A DNA stretch of 61,869 nucleotides, counting the filler, from Dirinaria sp. TL-2023a (lineage: Eukaryota), in assembly GCA_051941275.1 (NCBI GenBank). It is 14 parts of 14 records of this genome, joined end to end, with 100 filler letters (N's around TTAATTAATTAA, not from the genome) between each part and the next. Parts side by side here need not be neighbours in the genome. Positions count along the whole stretch, not along the records: positions 1 to 4,356 come from JAVEBF010001855.1; positions 4,457 to 8,807 come from JAVEBF010001856.1; positions 8,908 to 13,254 come from JAVEBF010001857.1; 11 more parts are not named here. The stretch is one strand, 5' to 3'. The translations under genes were made by a program, and so were the position numbers. Of this stretch, positions 1 to 11,771 are shown in pieces; within the stretch, counting starts at the first letter, position 1; each line of letters begins with the position of its first letter. The notes under the pieces were generated by a model that made no database searches, had not been told where the DNA came from, and saw only the letters and a program-made list of their open reading frames with translations.

Positions 1-72
1 GTCAGCGAGCCGGCGGAGGTGGAGGCTTGCTTGAAGGGGTTGGAAATCACGGAGAATCCCGAGGATGAGTAA
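1..72 (+). CDS. Possible 3' end of a truncated, unidentified gene
   Basis: Open frame VSEPAEVEACLKGLEITENPEDE* at the contig start; too short to identify. Confidence 0.3.
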   Translation, partial: VSEPAEVEACLKGLEITENPEDE

Positions 73-270
73 GGTAATGTAGGCACCTAGGTACTGTACT
101 GTAGGTGATAAAGGAGGTCTCTTCAATCCAGTTCTGAATACCCTCTGAGTATAACTTCTACCACCACCACTAACTTTAACTTACTACACGTAATTGGTAA
201 AATATCTGCAGCGTGCTCCCTTAGGTAAAGCGATCACGAGCAAAACACACACACTTGCAATCCCTATCTC

Positions 271-301
<31 letters not shown>

Positions 302-3300
302 GAGAGGATCGGATCTTTCTCCAATTCGCTCTACTCCTGCGCATACAGACAGAGCGCACACATTTACAGTACTTCCATACCGGCGGCGCTGCTGCAAGCG
401 CAAGATCCTATGAGCAGATCTAATGAATGAATATGGACATGGACGATGGTGGTCCCGTTGTTTGGAATCCAGCTCTATGATGTGCCATCTCGCATACGAC
501 GACGGCCAGGTCGTAGTCGTGGAATTGGTATCGCAACCTCTTTACGCGAATACTTAATATTCGTAGGTGTGCGAGGTATGTATAAAATATATATACCTGA
601 GAATTCTAATCGGGGAGAATACATCTACAGTACAGTACAGTGCAGTACGGACGCTGATGATGATGATAATGATGATACTTAGTAGAATCGTGAAGAGCGG
701 CCTGCTTGCTAGTGGGATCTGCTTGCCCCTCCTCCCTCCTCCTCCTCTCTGTGCCTCGTAAGTACATACTGTACATACATGAAAAACTCCGCATCAGCAA
801 CTCGCGGGCTAACACCCGATGGGCTTCTGAAATGCACCTTCTTTCCCCCGTTCCCCCCCCAAACAACGCTCTACCACCTGAGTATAAGATCCACGACAGA
901 CTCACAGCAAAAGGATGGGATCGGATGGAGCGTGTACGTACGTACGTAAGATTGGAGATTTTACCTACTACATACCATGCCTAGAGGATTGGGACGGATT
1001 GGGGAATACTTGCGAGGATGATATAAGGTAAAGGTAAAGTTCCCATCGCCTTAGCAAAAGGGAAAAACGGTTGGAATCACATGTTTCCCCCGATCTCGAA
1101 AGCTAAAAGGCAGTGCATCTCCCAGATCGTGACACCATTTGAGATCTGTGTGGAAGGGGGAAGAACGGGAAGGAAGTTGGATGCAGGTCCCGGGGGCGAG
1201 GGGGCATGGATGCATCTTTGTTGCCTTATCTTGCAATTCTCTCACACACACTCACACACACATACTTTATCTCCATGGAGTATGGACCTTTCCCAGGTGC
1301 GCTATTTTTATGCTGCGCGATCTCTCCCAAGCAAAGCTCGCGCTTTTAATACCCCGAGCCCCCCGGAGGCTTCTCCCACGTTCGCTGTGTGAGTCGAGTT
1401 GGTGGCTGAATACTGAATACCACATGACAGTGTTGGCCATTCTTTCCTCCGGAAAGAGCTGGCCTCAACGCTGCTCACCGCGAGAGATAGCATGACAAAT
1501 ATGGCCGTCCGGCCATTGTCGAATCGCGAAAGCGCAGGATCTCTCTCACTCCTGAGAATGGCGGCAAACACGTCAATCCTCGGCCAAGCGATGGGGTTGG
1601 GGGAGTTATCCGTACTTTATCTAGCTACAGGGGTGCGCGCGTTGTTCGTGCGTCTTTTCGTAGTGGCCAATATGTGCTCTTGAGCACGGATAAGGTACAA
1701 GGACATGCATAAGGGAATGTTGAGATGAAATGCTTACATCGCTTACAGCCGCCTCAGGCGATGTTACAAAGACTGTCGCAGTTAGCGTGGCGCAAGCAGC
1801 GCTCAAGCGGCAACGGGGACAGTTAGTGACATGGACCCCCCTTTAGGCGGGGCAGCTGACCGCGACGATAAGCGCTACCGTCGTGCGACACTCTTCTGCA
1901 TTGTTGGCTGGCTCGGGCTGAATATCGCCCTGCACAAGGAGCATAAGAGGATAACCGGCTTCCTTCGGGCGGCAATGCATTGCGAGCTGACTCTATGCGG
2001 AAATTCAGACAGGACCTTGCCGCCTATGAGGCTTCATGTTCGTTCCCATCGCACCAAGACCAGGCAATCTTTGCACTGTTAAAATTGGCTCCAGATGGCG
2101 GCTCCGCATTTGATGTCTCACTCCAGTGCACTCACCGCGCCAGCCACAGGTGTTTCGGAATGGTGTCAAATTCGACACGACTGCGGATCTTCATCACTAC
2201 TATTATTACTTATTGTCATTCAGTTGCTTGCGGGGGCGACGTTGTTGCCTTTGAGGATTGAAACGTCAATAATCCTGCAGTTGGCTTGATGTGGCCCGCT
2301 CTTCACGCGGAATCTCGCAACGCTAATCAGCTAGAGATTCGAAAGGCACACATGGTGCACATGCGTACTCGTACCATACTCGATCGGGGTCGACCAAGAA
2401 GGAGGTGACGCCACTTTGCGCACCTTACGGAGCATCGGCCATCTATCGAGATGGCGGGGTAAATTCGAGCTGTCAAGCCAACAAGAGGTTGCAGACTGTG
2501 CCGCGAGCGAACTGTGCGAGCCTTACTGTATGCAGTCTGGGTGATTGTGGTCCTAAACAACGACGACTTCCTCCCGAGGCTGAAAATAAACGAAACGCTT
2601 TCGTGTTAGTTTTGCGAGATGAAGTCTCGGCTATCGACGATGACTCCTCCAAGTTCCACTAGCACTGCGGCGTCTTTCACCACGGAGTCGTTGCTCAAGC
2701 GCAGACAGATTAGATGATGAGGGTTGAGTTTTCGGAGATGCAGGAGTCTCATGCAGCTACTTCCGTTAGCCGGCCATCCTCACCAAAGGAAGCTAACGCG
2801 GCGTGTCTTAGCGTCACACAGGCCATCAAGAAACGGGCCTTCATAGAATAAATAACCATGCACGTCGCGCGGGTATTGCGCCGCTTCGGCGTTGCGAAAA
2901 AGCAGATGGTAACCTCTCACTCCTGGGGAATGGCCTACAAAATACGGCAAACCAATGGTTCAGGAGGAAGAGTCCGAGTTATGGTTTGAAAGGAATGAGA
3001 GGTTCGAAACAGCGCTTAGCTTTGGTGGAGCAGGCAGGCGAGGCAGCGTGGAGGGGGGGGATAGTGTGAAGATTTCCGAGCGAGTGGTAGACTTGCTGCG
3101 GCCAGGGTGGTCGACTACCGGTAAGCGAGTCCATTCCTTCGCGCCAGCAGACCTCCACGAGCTGTCGGCCAGGGCCAATGAACGTGCTTCTCTCCTGAAA
3201 TGCATCATCAATGGCTCCTTCGCAGCAAGCCTGCATTGTTGCTCGTGATGGTGACCGCTGGACCAGTCGATCTTCACGGCACCGCCTGATGCCGCGACAG

Positions 3301-4356
3301 GAACGATTCCGATCCTCCCCTAAAGTTAGGTCCGGTACTTGGTCATAAGCTGATGAAAGAAAAGAAAAAAAGGGGATCACTACTGCTGCAGCGAGAAATT
3401 GGCGCTAAATTAGACCGGTGTTATGTCGACAGCTAGACGCCCTTGCAGACTTTATCATTACCTGTTATTTACTACTGTTGATCCTGAAGCATCCCACGAG
3501 GTGACAGAGGAATCAGGAAGGAAGTAGTACGTTTGGCGAGTACCTAAAGTAGTCGATGGCCCAGTGGGAGTGGGGTGACATCCACCGCTGGCCCGCCGGC
3601 ATCTACGACTGGGTGGTAGCTGCCGTTGAAGGGGTGGCCGTCGTTCGTAGTCAACTTTCTTAGTGTGTTGCCCGCATTGGCAGGAGTGACCCAGCAGCGT
3701 CTGTGCTTGGGGTTTGCCGCCCACCTTTTGCATCCGGCGTACGACGGTACGAGGGCAGATGATTATTATCGACCGTCTTATATAATCTACCGTACATATG
3801 ACCATCCTGTACTTACCTCTACAGTACTGACCGATTGCCAAACGGTCACTGCCTCTGACGCATATCCGGGTCTTGGCCCGCAGCAGGTGTGACGATGGAG
3901 ATTGGAGAAAATACCTTAGGTAGGACCAGAGAGGGCCACAGGAGCAGGCGATACGGTCATCCCTCTTGCCTCTTCCCTACTAGGTACTTTACTCTCGCTA
4001 CCTCTCCATTTCTCCTGCCCCATCGGATTGCGCAAGGGTAAGCGCCCAAAGAGAAAACCGTCCATGTCCATCCCTGCCCGAACCCACCGCCAATTAGGCC
4101 CCCCATTGGCGTGTGTTGAGATCCCATTGGCTCTAGCCTCAACGACTTTTTCTTGAAACCCGGCATCAGCGACGAAAGAAAAACGACGCTAAGCACGTTG
4201 CCCCGTTTTCCTCAAATACATCGCTTCTCTGCCGCGGAAAGCACAGCCGCCTTTTTGCGCTCCTTCCCAGTCCCACCAATTCTTCAGACTTCAAACCCCC
4301 TAAGGTTCTCACTACTGACTACTACTACTACCACCACCACCAGTCCACCACCCCCC

Positions 4357-4456
4357 NNNNNNNNNNNNNNNNNNNNNNNNNNNNNNNNNNNNNNNNNNNN
4401 TTAATTAATTAANNNNNNNNNNNNNNNNNNNNNNNNNNNNNNNNNNNNNNNNNNNN
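4357..4456. other. Artificial contig linker N44-TTAATTAATTAA-N44 (first of 13)
   Basis: Identical 100-nt spacers with stops in all frames at 4357, 8808, 13255, 17697, 22133, 26567, 30995, 35421, 39842, 44261, 48673, 53082 and 57487. Intervening contigs shrink monotonically (4351, 4347, 4342, 4336 ... 4305 bp). Confidence 0.99.
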
Positions 4457-4925
4457 CGCTTGGGTTCAGATATGATAAACCCCCAAAACACAAATTCATT
4501 ACGAGCGAGCTCTCCTTTGTATATGGAAAAAAAAAAAAAAAAAATCTCTGGTTTCAAGTGAGTAGAACGAAACAATAAGAAGCAAGCAAGCTGGAAAGAG
4601 AGTTGTTTTTATTATATCCCAGTGCTTTTGCTATGCTGCAACTCGCATATTACATTACAGTCTAAACCATTTTTTTATTTGTAAGCTAGGCTGGGGAGGG
4701 TACAATCGTAAAATTTTTTTTTGACAAATTCTACATACATACAGCATACAGCACAGCGAAAAGAATACAAGACAAGACAAGACCCCCGGAGGGTTTCTAA
4801 AAGTCTTTTCTTCGTTTCTCGGCATGGCGAACAAAAAAGCTATGTCGTCGCTCGCTCGCTGCATACCATATCATGCCCCTTGTCTTTGCAAATTTTTTTT
4901 CTTTCTAACTACTACTGTGGAGATT

Positions 4926-7186
4926 CTAGAATTCGTTTTCCTCGTTGCCGGCGATGATCACGTTGTTTACCTGTTGAAGATGTGTGAGAGTCTAAGTATA
5001 TGTTTCGAGGGGTTTCAAAAAGGAATAGGGAAAAAAAAAAAAGGGATAAGGGGGGAAGAGGGGGTTGGAACACACCTTCAGAACCATCCTACACAACTGC
5101 GTCGCGAGCAGCAACTGCTGCCGCTTCCCGATCAGAGGATCAATCACGAAGTGTTCCCGCATATCTAGACATATATATACACACACCTTAGCGATCGACC
5201 AAGTGATTATGGAAATACCGAGGAGTTGGGGGGAAAGTGTGCCTACCGTTGCTCCCAGTCTGCATGCAGTCGACCCCGAGCCGGGGATTCTTCTCCTTGA
5301 CCTGCCGCGACTTGATGGCTGCCAGCGTCTCGATCGGGCTGAGCCCGGAGTTCTCCGCCAGCGCCATGGGAACCGAGTCCAGTGCGTCGGCGAAGGCCCG
5401 CATCGCGTACTGCTCCAGGCCGGGGCTCTTGACGGCCGCTTCTTCGACGGCGAGCGAGCACGCGATCTCGGCCGCTCCGCCGCCGTAGACGACGCGGTTA
5501 TCGCGGACGAGGTTGCGCACGACGCACAGAGCGTCGTGGAGCGAGCGCTTCGCTTCGTCGATGATCTGTGACAGCGATTCAGGATTTTTCAAAAGCGATG
5601 ACCCCGGCGATTGGACTGACCATTTTGTTGCTGCCCCTCACAAACACCGTGACTGCCCGCGTGTTGGCGCACTCTTCGATCACCAGCATTTTCTCCCGCG
5701 TCGTCCCAAAGCTCATTTCTCGAACCACACCGGCCGTGCCGAGTTTCGAGGCGCTCAACTCTTCGAACCGTGGCACTATTCGTCCGTTGGTCGCGATGGC
5801 AATTAGTTCGATCTCGGGCCCACCAACCCATCGTACGGCTGGGAGATCGCTCTGCAGCAACATGTGGTTGGCCTCGTCGTCAAAACCCCACTGACATATG
5901 ACTAGGTTGGCACCTGTATCCTTGATTTGATCGATCATGTCTTCGAATTTGGTCTTTTCGTAATTCTGAAGCTTTTTGAATTCCTCGACGGTCGTGATGT
6001 CGAGCTTGTGCTTCGTTTTGGGTTTGGGCGGCTCGAATGGGCATGTCAAGATTGCGAGCTTTGCGTCTCGGACTTCGTCGGGCATTTGTGGGTGTGAGAA
6101 ATCTTTGTCGACTACGACGCCCTTGACAAGCAGCGTGTCCTCTAACGAGCCACCGACTTTGCCATCGACCTTGATGAGCTCGAAATCAACATCTTTCCGG
6201 TCTAAATCGGCAACCGATAGGACGGCATCCACAGCGATTTGCGCGAATTGGGTATGGGCCTTTGAGACGCTGGATGCTTGTTAGCTTCAATTTTGATATC
6301 GATGCTGTAGCCGTACATCTTACTCCCTAAGCTGGTCTTTGCAACTTCAAGGAGGTTTTCTGTTTGCTTTCGCGAAAATTCAACTCTGTCGCTGATTCGA
6401 TCCAGCTCCGAGACTGCGACTTCGCAAGCCTCGTCATAGCCGTCTGCTATCCGTATAGGGTGAATGCCTTTGTCGATAAGCTCTGCTGCTTGCTCCAGTA
6501 ATGCTCCGGCTAGCACTACTACCCCCGTTGTGCCGTCCCCTATTTCATCATCCTGAGATTTTGATAGTTCGACCAGGAGCTTTGCAACATTATTCGAGAT
6601 TTCCATCTGCCGTTCCTTTAGCCCGTTCATCAGCGACAGAGAGATCCATCCCGTACTTGTGATAAAATTGTAGCACCATCATTCGTGACCGTAATGTCTC
6701 CGTCCGGCGAGATGAGGATCTTGTCTAAGCCGCGCGGTCCCTGTTATTGCTCGCCCTTAGAAACCGGTCTCTACTCCTTGTCAAGCCGCAGCGTACAATC
6801 CCTTACCAGCGACGTCCTGACTATGTTCGCGACGGTTCTCGCAGCAACGATATGTGATTTGACTGCATCGCTGCCGTGCTGTCTCTTCTTTTTCCCTTGA
6901 CTGACAGCAATTCAGCCGCAATTCATGTATGCGCTTCGGTGTTATATCTCCTCGAGGGACTGGGACGTACTCTCGAACAACGATGAAAGGCCGGCCTTGC
7001 TCATCCTTCATTACCGCCGCTAGAGTAGGTCATTAACTTGTTCGAAGTGCTTAGATGCGAGCTCCTTGGTATACCTTGCGACATATCGAGCTCTATAGGA
7101 GAAGCATGTCAGTCATATTGCTTGGTAAGTGGGATGAAAAGAGCAAAGAATAGAGCACCAGCTTCGGAAAACATACGCATAGCCAT
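4926..7186 (-). CDS. CCT5: T-complex protein 1 subunit epsilon (CCT/TRiC chaperonin), multi-exon
   Basis: Spliced N-terminus [25 protein letters not shown]; motifs [37 protein letters not shown]-terminus [18 protein letters not shown] introns. Confidence 0.97.
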
Positions 7187-7621
7187 TTTAATATCTGTAG
7201 GAGCTCAGGCTCCTACCTTCCTCCGCAGCGAAAACAATAGAAGTATGTAAACTGTAGTTGTTTGTGATTCTGACGCACGGACCAGAATTGCAAGTGACTT
7301 TTCATAAGCCTTTGAAATTATGTCTTTCACTATGAAAACCCCGGTGCTCGACTTGCGAACAATTTTGACGCGAATTCCTACTTCGGGTTTAACGCTTTTT
7401 AGACGCGGATGTGAAATACGATCACTTGAAGTAACCGGCGCGAGTTTTTGTTTTGCTGCCCTCACTTCAACTTTGAGCACAACACTTCTTTATCGAATCA
7501 TATTCGATTCAGTGGGTTCAGGAGATTGCTCTGAATATCAATTGGAGCTTCAACTATTACATTGCATAATTATCTCGGCGTGCGCTAACTCAAACCCTGC
7601 TTAGTCCGCCGCTCAGTCGCA

Positions 7622-8737
7622 ATGCCTCGTAAGTCAGTATTCAATCAGTTCAAGCATAGCTTTACATCTGCACCGTTTCTGATGTCTTGAACACAGCTCC
7701 ACTCCCAGCCGAGAGCGACACCGAGTCTGTAGCCGAACCGCAAACTACATCCAAGCCGCTTCCCATAGCTATATCCAAAGTTACCGATGATGATACTGTG
7801 AAAGATACCGTGAAAGCCGAACCTGAGCCCTCGAATGCTCCCATCAAAGCAGAAGCAGACTCAGAAAGCAGTGACAGTGGCGATGAGGAGTCAGCTCCAT
7901 CAGTGTCACGAAAAATTCTCTTTTCCTGACGGGTATACAGGATCTATATCGTCGAGAAAATCATCGATCATCGCTCCGACTTTGCGGATGTAAGTTCTGC
8001 CAAAGGGGCCCAACCCATACTGCCAAACCACTTTCCTAGCTAACAGCATGACGGTAAAGGAGGAAGTGCGCTACCTGATCAAATGGAAGGGCTACGAAAA
8101 GAAGAAAGATCGTACGTGGGAGAATGAGGAGAACCTATTGTGAGTCTTTCCGACCCCTGAAACCGCCTTAAAAAGAGGAAGAAAAAAGAAAAACAAATTC
8201 TACGATGGAACAAAAAAGTGACGAATGTGTGATTTCCCCAGCGGCGCGCGCGAGCTGCTGGAGCAGTACTGGCAGGAAATCGGGGGAAAACCAGTCCCAG
8301 GCAGCCAGAAGAGCAAAGGCGGGAGCGGTGGCTCCGCGCGAAAATCAGCGCTAGGTAGGAAACGCTCGATCCCCGCCCTGAAGGACGACAGAGGGGACTC
8401 GGAATCGCCGGCGCCGGCGAAAAAACCGAAGCGCGGGCGCAAGAGCTACAACAACGGCAACAACAACGCGCACGACGAGGAGGACACGGCGGAGTTTGTG
8501 GGGTACGTGGAGGCGGGCTTGGACGACTGGAAGCCGCCGGCGCCGATGAAGGAGAACTGGGACCCGCTGCTGCAGAAGGTGGACACGATCGAGCAGGACG
8601 AGGGCGGCGACCGCTGGGTCTACCTCTGCTGGAACGACAAGAACGCCGACGGCCGCTTCTACCGCACCAAGGCCAAGCCGTCCGCCGTGTACAAGGCGGC
8701 GCCGCAGAAGATGCTTTACTTTTACGAACAGCACCTG
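7622..8737 (+). CDS. Heterochromatin protein 1 / Swi6-like chromodomain plus chromoshadow protein (last exon lost at contig end)
   Basis: Chromodomain YIVEKIIDHR...YLIKWKGYEKKKDRTWENEENL; basic hinge PAKKPKRGRK; chromoshadow WKPP...WDPLLQKVDTIE...VYLCW...PQKMLYFYEQHL followed by donor GTGAGT. Confidence 0.85.
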
Positions 8738-8907
8738 TGAGTTTGACTTTGACACCCCCAGTCCTTTTTTTTTTTTTTTTTTTTTCTTTCTTTTTTTTTT
8801 TTTTTTTNNNNNNNNNNNNNNNNNNNNNNNNNNNNNNNNNNNNNNNNNNNNTTAATTAATTAANNNNNNNNNNNNNNNNNNNNNNNNNNNNNNNNNNNNN
8901 NNNNNNN

Positions 8908-9291
8908 TACGAATCTCGTCCGCCTTACCACGAGCGTGGCCCGCCGCCTGGAGCGCCTCCATTCCGGCCAAATAACAGTTCTTCGACAACGTACCCGCGC
9001 ACCCAGCGCTTCAACCATCCCGCTATGAGTTCGGTACCCAGCATCGTCCCTGGGGGCAAGTTCGCGCCTACTGGGCTCGACCCGGCGCAAGAAAAGCGTC
9101 TGCAACAGATTGAAGAGGATAAGAAGAAGCTGATGGACGTCATTGAGCAGAAACAAGCCGCTAAGAGGAAGGGTTTGAGAGATTTTGAGAAAGGCGAGAG
9201 GGAGGTGAAAAGGGACGGCATCAGAAGTGCAGAGGCGGAGCGCGGACTGGAAGGATTAAGCGAGGGGACGTCCGCTGGTGCCGCTTTCTGA
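8908..9291 (+). CDS. C-terminal part of a fungal hypothetical protein (5' truncated)
   Basis: Frame open from the contig start: YESRPPYHERGPPP...coiled coil QEKRLQQIEEDKKKL...GAAF*. Confidence 0.7.
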   Translation, partial: YESRPPYHERGPPPGAPPFRPNNSSSTTYPRTQRFNHPAMSSVPSIVPGGKFAPTGLDPAQEKRLQQIEEDKKKLMDVIEQKQAAKRKGLRDFEKGEREVKRDGIRSAEAERGLEGLSEGTSAGAAF

Positions 9292-9637
9292 GGCAACCGA
9301 GTGATCTAGAATGTGACTGGTGAAGAAGAGACTCGAGCGACATGGCCAGGGCAGGGAAAGCGAAATAGAAGGGCATTCACGGCGTTGACTGTCAGACGAG
9401 GTTGCTTGCGAGGGGGTGAGTTAACACGTGGTTCGGTCATACATGCGGTATTCCAAGTAGCTCTTGAAGCCTCACATTTCTGCGGCTTCGTGATCTGCTC
9501 GAACGAAATAGAATATGATATCATTTGCATTCTCTCTCTGAACGAGTATGGACCATAGATGGCACGATTCAAGTAAGATGTCTGGAACACCGACGCTATG
9601 CTGCAGCCAACCGAATTTCCGCCAGCAGAGATGAAGA

Positions 9638-10170
9638 CTACGCGGTTTTCTTCCTGCCCTTGAAAAACTTCTTGCTCTCTGTACATCCGTTAGTCACCGT
9701 CGCTACCATATCCTACTTTGGCCCCCCTCCCCATCGGTCCTCACTGCCCCCGAACCTTATCAGGCATAGGAGGAAGATAGCGAATTGGTAAGCAAGAACT
9801 CACCTTCTTTCGTCCGCTTCTTCTTCGGGGGCCCCTTCCCTTTCAGCTTCATCCGCGCGACATGCTCCATCCGGGAAAGCTCCTCGGGGTCCCACGTCTT
9901 CAAGCCCGGATAGGCCGCTTTGACATCCTTGACGGTCAGCAGGCGGCGCGGGTAGTAAGCCGCTACCGAGGGGCCTTTGAGGCGCTGCCGCAGCACTTTG
10001 TTCCCTGTGCGTGCCTGTGTTGGGTTGAAGGTTGTGGAGAAGAGGAGGCATTGTTTCTGGCGTAGCGGTTTGGTTAGCAGGGCTGGATGCGGAGTTGCTC
10101 TTGGGGGAAGAGCGGGTGGTTTGGAACACACCTCCATGAGAGATAGGATTCGTGCTCTGGGTACTGGCAT
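9638..10170 (-). CDS. RSM27: Mitochondrial small-subunit ribosomal protein mS33 (Rsm27)
   Basis: MPVPRARILSLME / QCLLFSTTFNPTQARTGNKVLRQRLKGPSVAAYYPRR ... KGKGPPKKKRTKE / ESKKFFKGRKKTA*; two introns. Confidence 0.9.
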
Positions 10171-10418
10171 CTTGTATGGTAGGAAGGGGGAAGGCTTTCG
10201 CTGAGGATTGAAGGGTGACGATGGTTTAAGGGAGCGAGAATTGAAGGAGGGATGCACTTGCGGACCGAAGTAGAGCCGAAGATAGCTTTTGATTGGCTGA
10301 TGAGCTCCGGCGGCATTTCACACCCGCACCAAGTCCGTCATACTGTCCGATACTGTATATTATTACCGTACCTTGGTCTTCTATTCTGCCTTTGAAGAGC
10401 CAGTCTGATGCAAACAGC

Positions 10419-11483
10419 ATGTCTCTCAACCCCAACAAGAGGAGACACGACGGTGATCAGTTTCAAGAACGGAAAAAACATAAGAAGCCAAAGAGTTCGA
10501 ACAATGTACATCAAAAGATTGGATGTGTCCAGCAGACTGGCCAGTACGACCAACGAAAACCTCCGACACCTACGAAATCGGATGCTTCAAGCCAAAACAA
10601 TAACCCCACAAACGGGTCCCAACATTTCAAGACCAAACCTTCCACCCACCACCGCAACAAAGGCACCTCAGCTAAGCTCCCCCCACTGCCGCCCATCCTT
10701 GACCCTTCTCTCTGCGATGCACCTTTCACCCATCAAGCTCTCGTCGGTCCCTCGAACCCCACAAGCTACGAACGCCTCGAATTCCTTGGGGATGCATACA
10801 TCGAGCTCGTCGCCTCCCGTGCCATTTACCGTCATTTCCCTAATATGACTGCCGGCAGGATGTCGCAGAAACGAGAACTTCTGGTCAAGAACGAGACATT
10901 GGCCGAGTATGCATTAGCGTATGGCTTCGATCAAAAAGCGCGGCTCCCTTCTGATTTTGGGTCACGCGGGAAGAATCGCGAAAAGCTGTGGACCAAGACA
11001 TTGGGCGATATGTTCGAGGCGTATGTCGCTGCCGTGGTGCTCGGGGATTCGGCGAGCGGCTTTGCGACGCTAGAGGCATGGCTTGCGGAGTTGTGGGCCC
11101 CGAAACTCTTCCAAGAGGTTGATGACCTTGCGGCGCCCGAGAACATGAATGCCAAGGTCCATTTGTCGCAAAGGGTGGGCGGTAAGGGAGTGGTTGTGGA
11201 GTACAGGCCTGAGAAGCCACCCGAACTTATCCGAAAGGAGGGAAAAGAGAAGTACGATGTCGGCGTTTACTGTACCGGATGGGGTTGGAAAGAGCAGTTT
11301 TTAGGGAGGGGACTGGGGTTAAGTATCAAAGAAGCCGGCATCCAGGCGGCGATGCAAGCTCTGGAGAATCCGATTACGGAGGAGATCGCGTCTAAGAAGA
11401 AAGAATTTGATGCAGCTGTGAGGGCCGAGAGGGAGAAAGTGGAAAAGCAAGGCATTGATGCTGGTGGTGAGAAAGAACATTGA
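10419..11483 (+). CDS. RNT1: Nuclear ribonuclease III (Rnt1/Pac1-like) with dsRBD-like C-terminus
   Basis: RNase III signature ERLEFLGDA and GDMFEAYVAAV; C-terminal GRGLGLSIKEAGIQAAMQAL; basic NLS-like N-terminus. Confidence 0.85.
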   Translation: MSLNPNKRRHDGDQFQERKKHKKPKSSNNVHQKIGCVQQTGQYDQRKPPTPTKSDASSQNNNPTNGSQHFKTKPSTHHRNKGTSAKLPPLPPILDPSLCDAPFTHQALVGPSNPTSYERLEFLGDAYIELVASRAIYRHFPNMTAGRMSQKRELLVKNETLAEYALAYGFDQKARLPSDFGSRGKNREKLWTKTLGDMFEAYVAAVVLGDSASGFATLEAWLAELWAPKLFQEVDDLAAPENMNAKVHLSQRVGGKGVVVEYRPEKPPELIRKEGKEKYDVGVYCTGWGWKEQFLGRGLGLSIKEAGIQAAMQALENPITEEIASKKKEFDAAVRAEREKVEKQGIDAGGEKEH

Positions 11484-11771
11484 TTGTTCTTTAATGGCTG
11501 ACACTTGGCTGCGGCAGATGCGAGCTTGATACCCATTGAAGTCAAAGGCATAAAATGATAAGTATTCGAGAACTACGCGTGTCCCTGCATGCTTTCACTT
11601 TACTCTTTGTGCTAGAAAAGCGTACTTCAACTTGGCCTTATTTTACAGCAAACCCATTCGCTGGATACAAAGGTCTCCACAGTCATTCACGTTAGCATCA
11701 GACCAGGCAGTGCAACCAAATTTTAAGATCCCTACCCGTAGCCCGGCTTTTATGGGCGCACGCTAGCACGA

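Noticed and set aside
5065..6284. Plus-strand ORFs over CCT5, and similar antisense ORFs over other genes
   Set aside because: Antisense shadows of codon-biased genuine genes.
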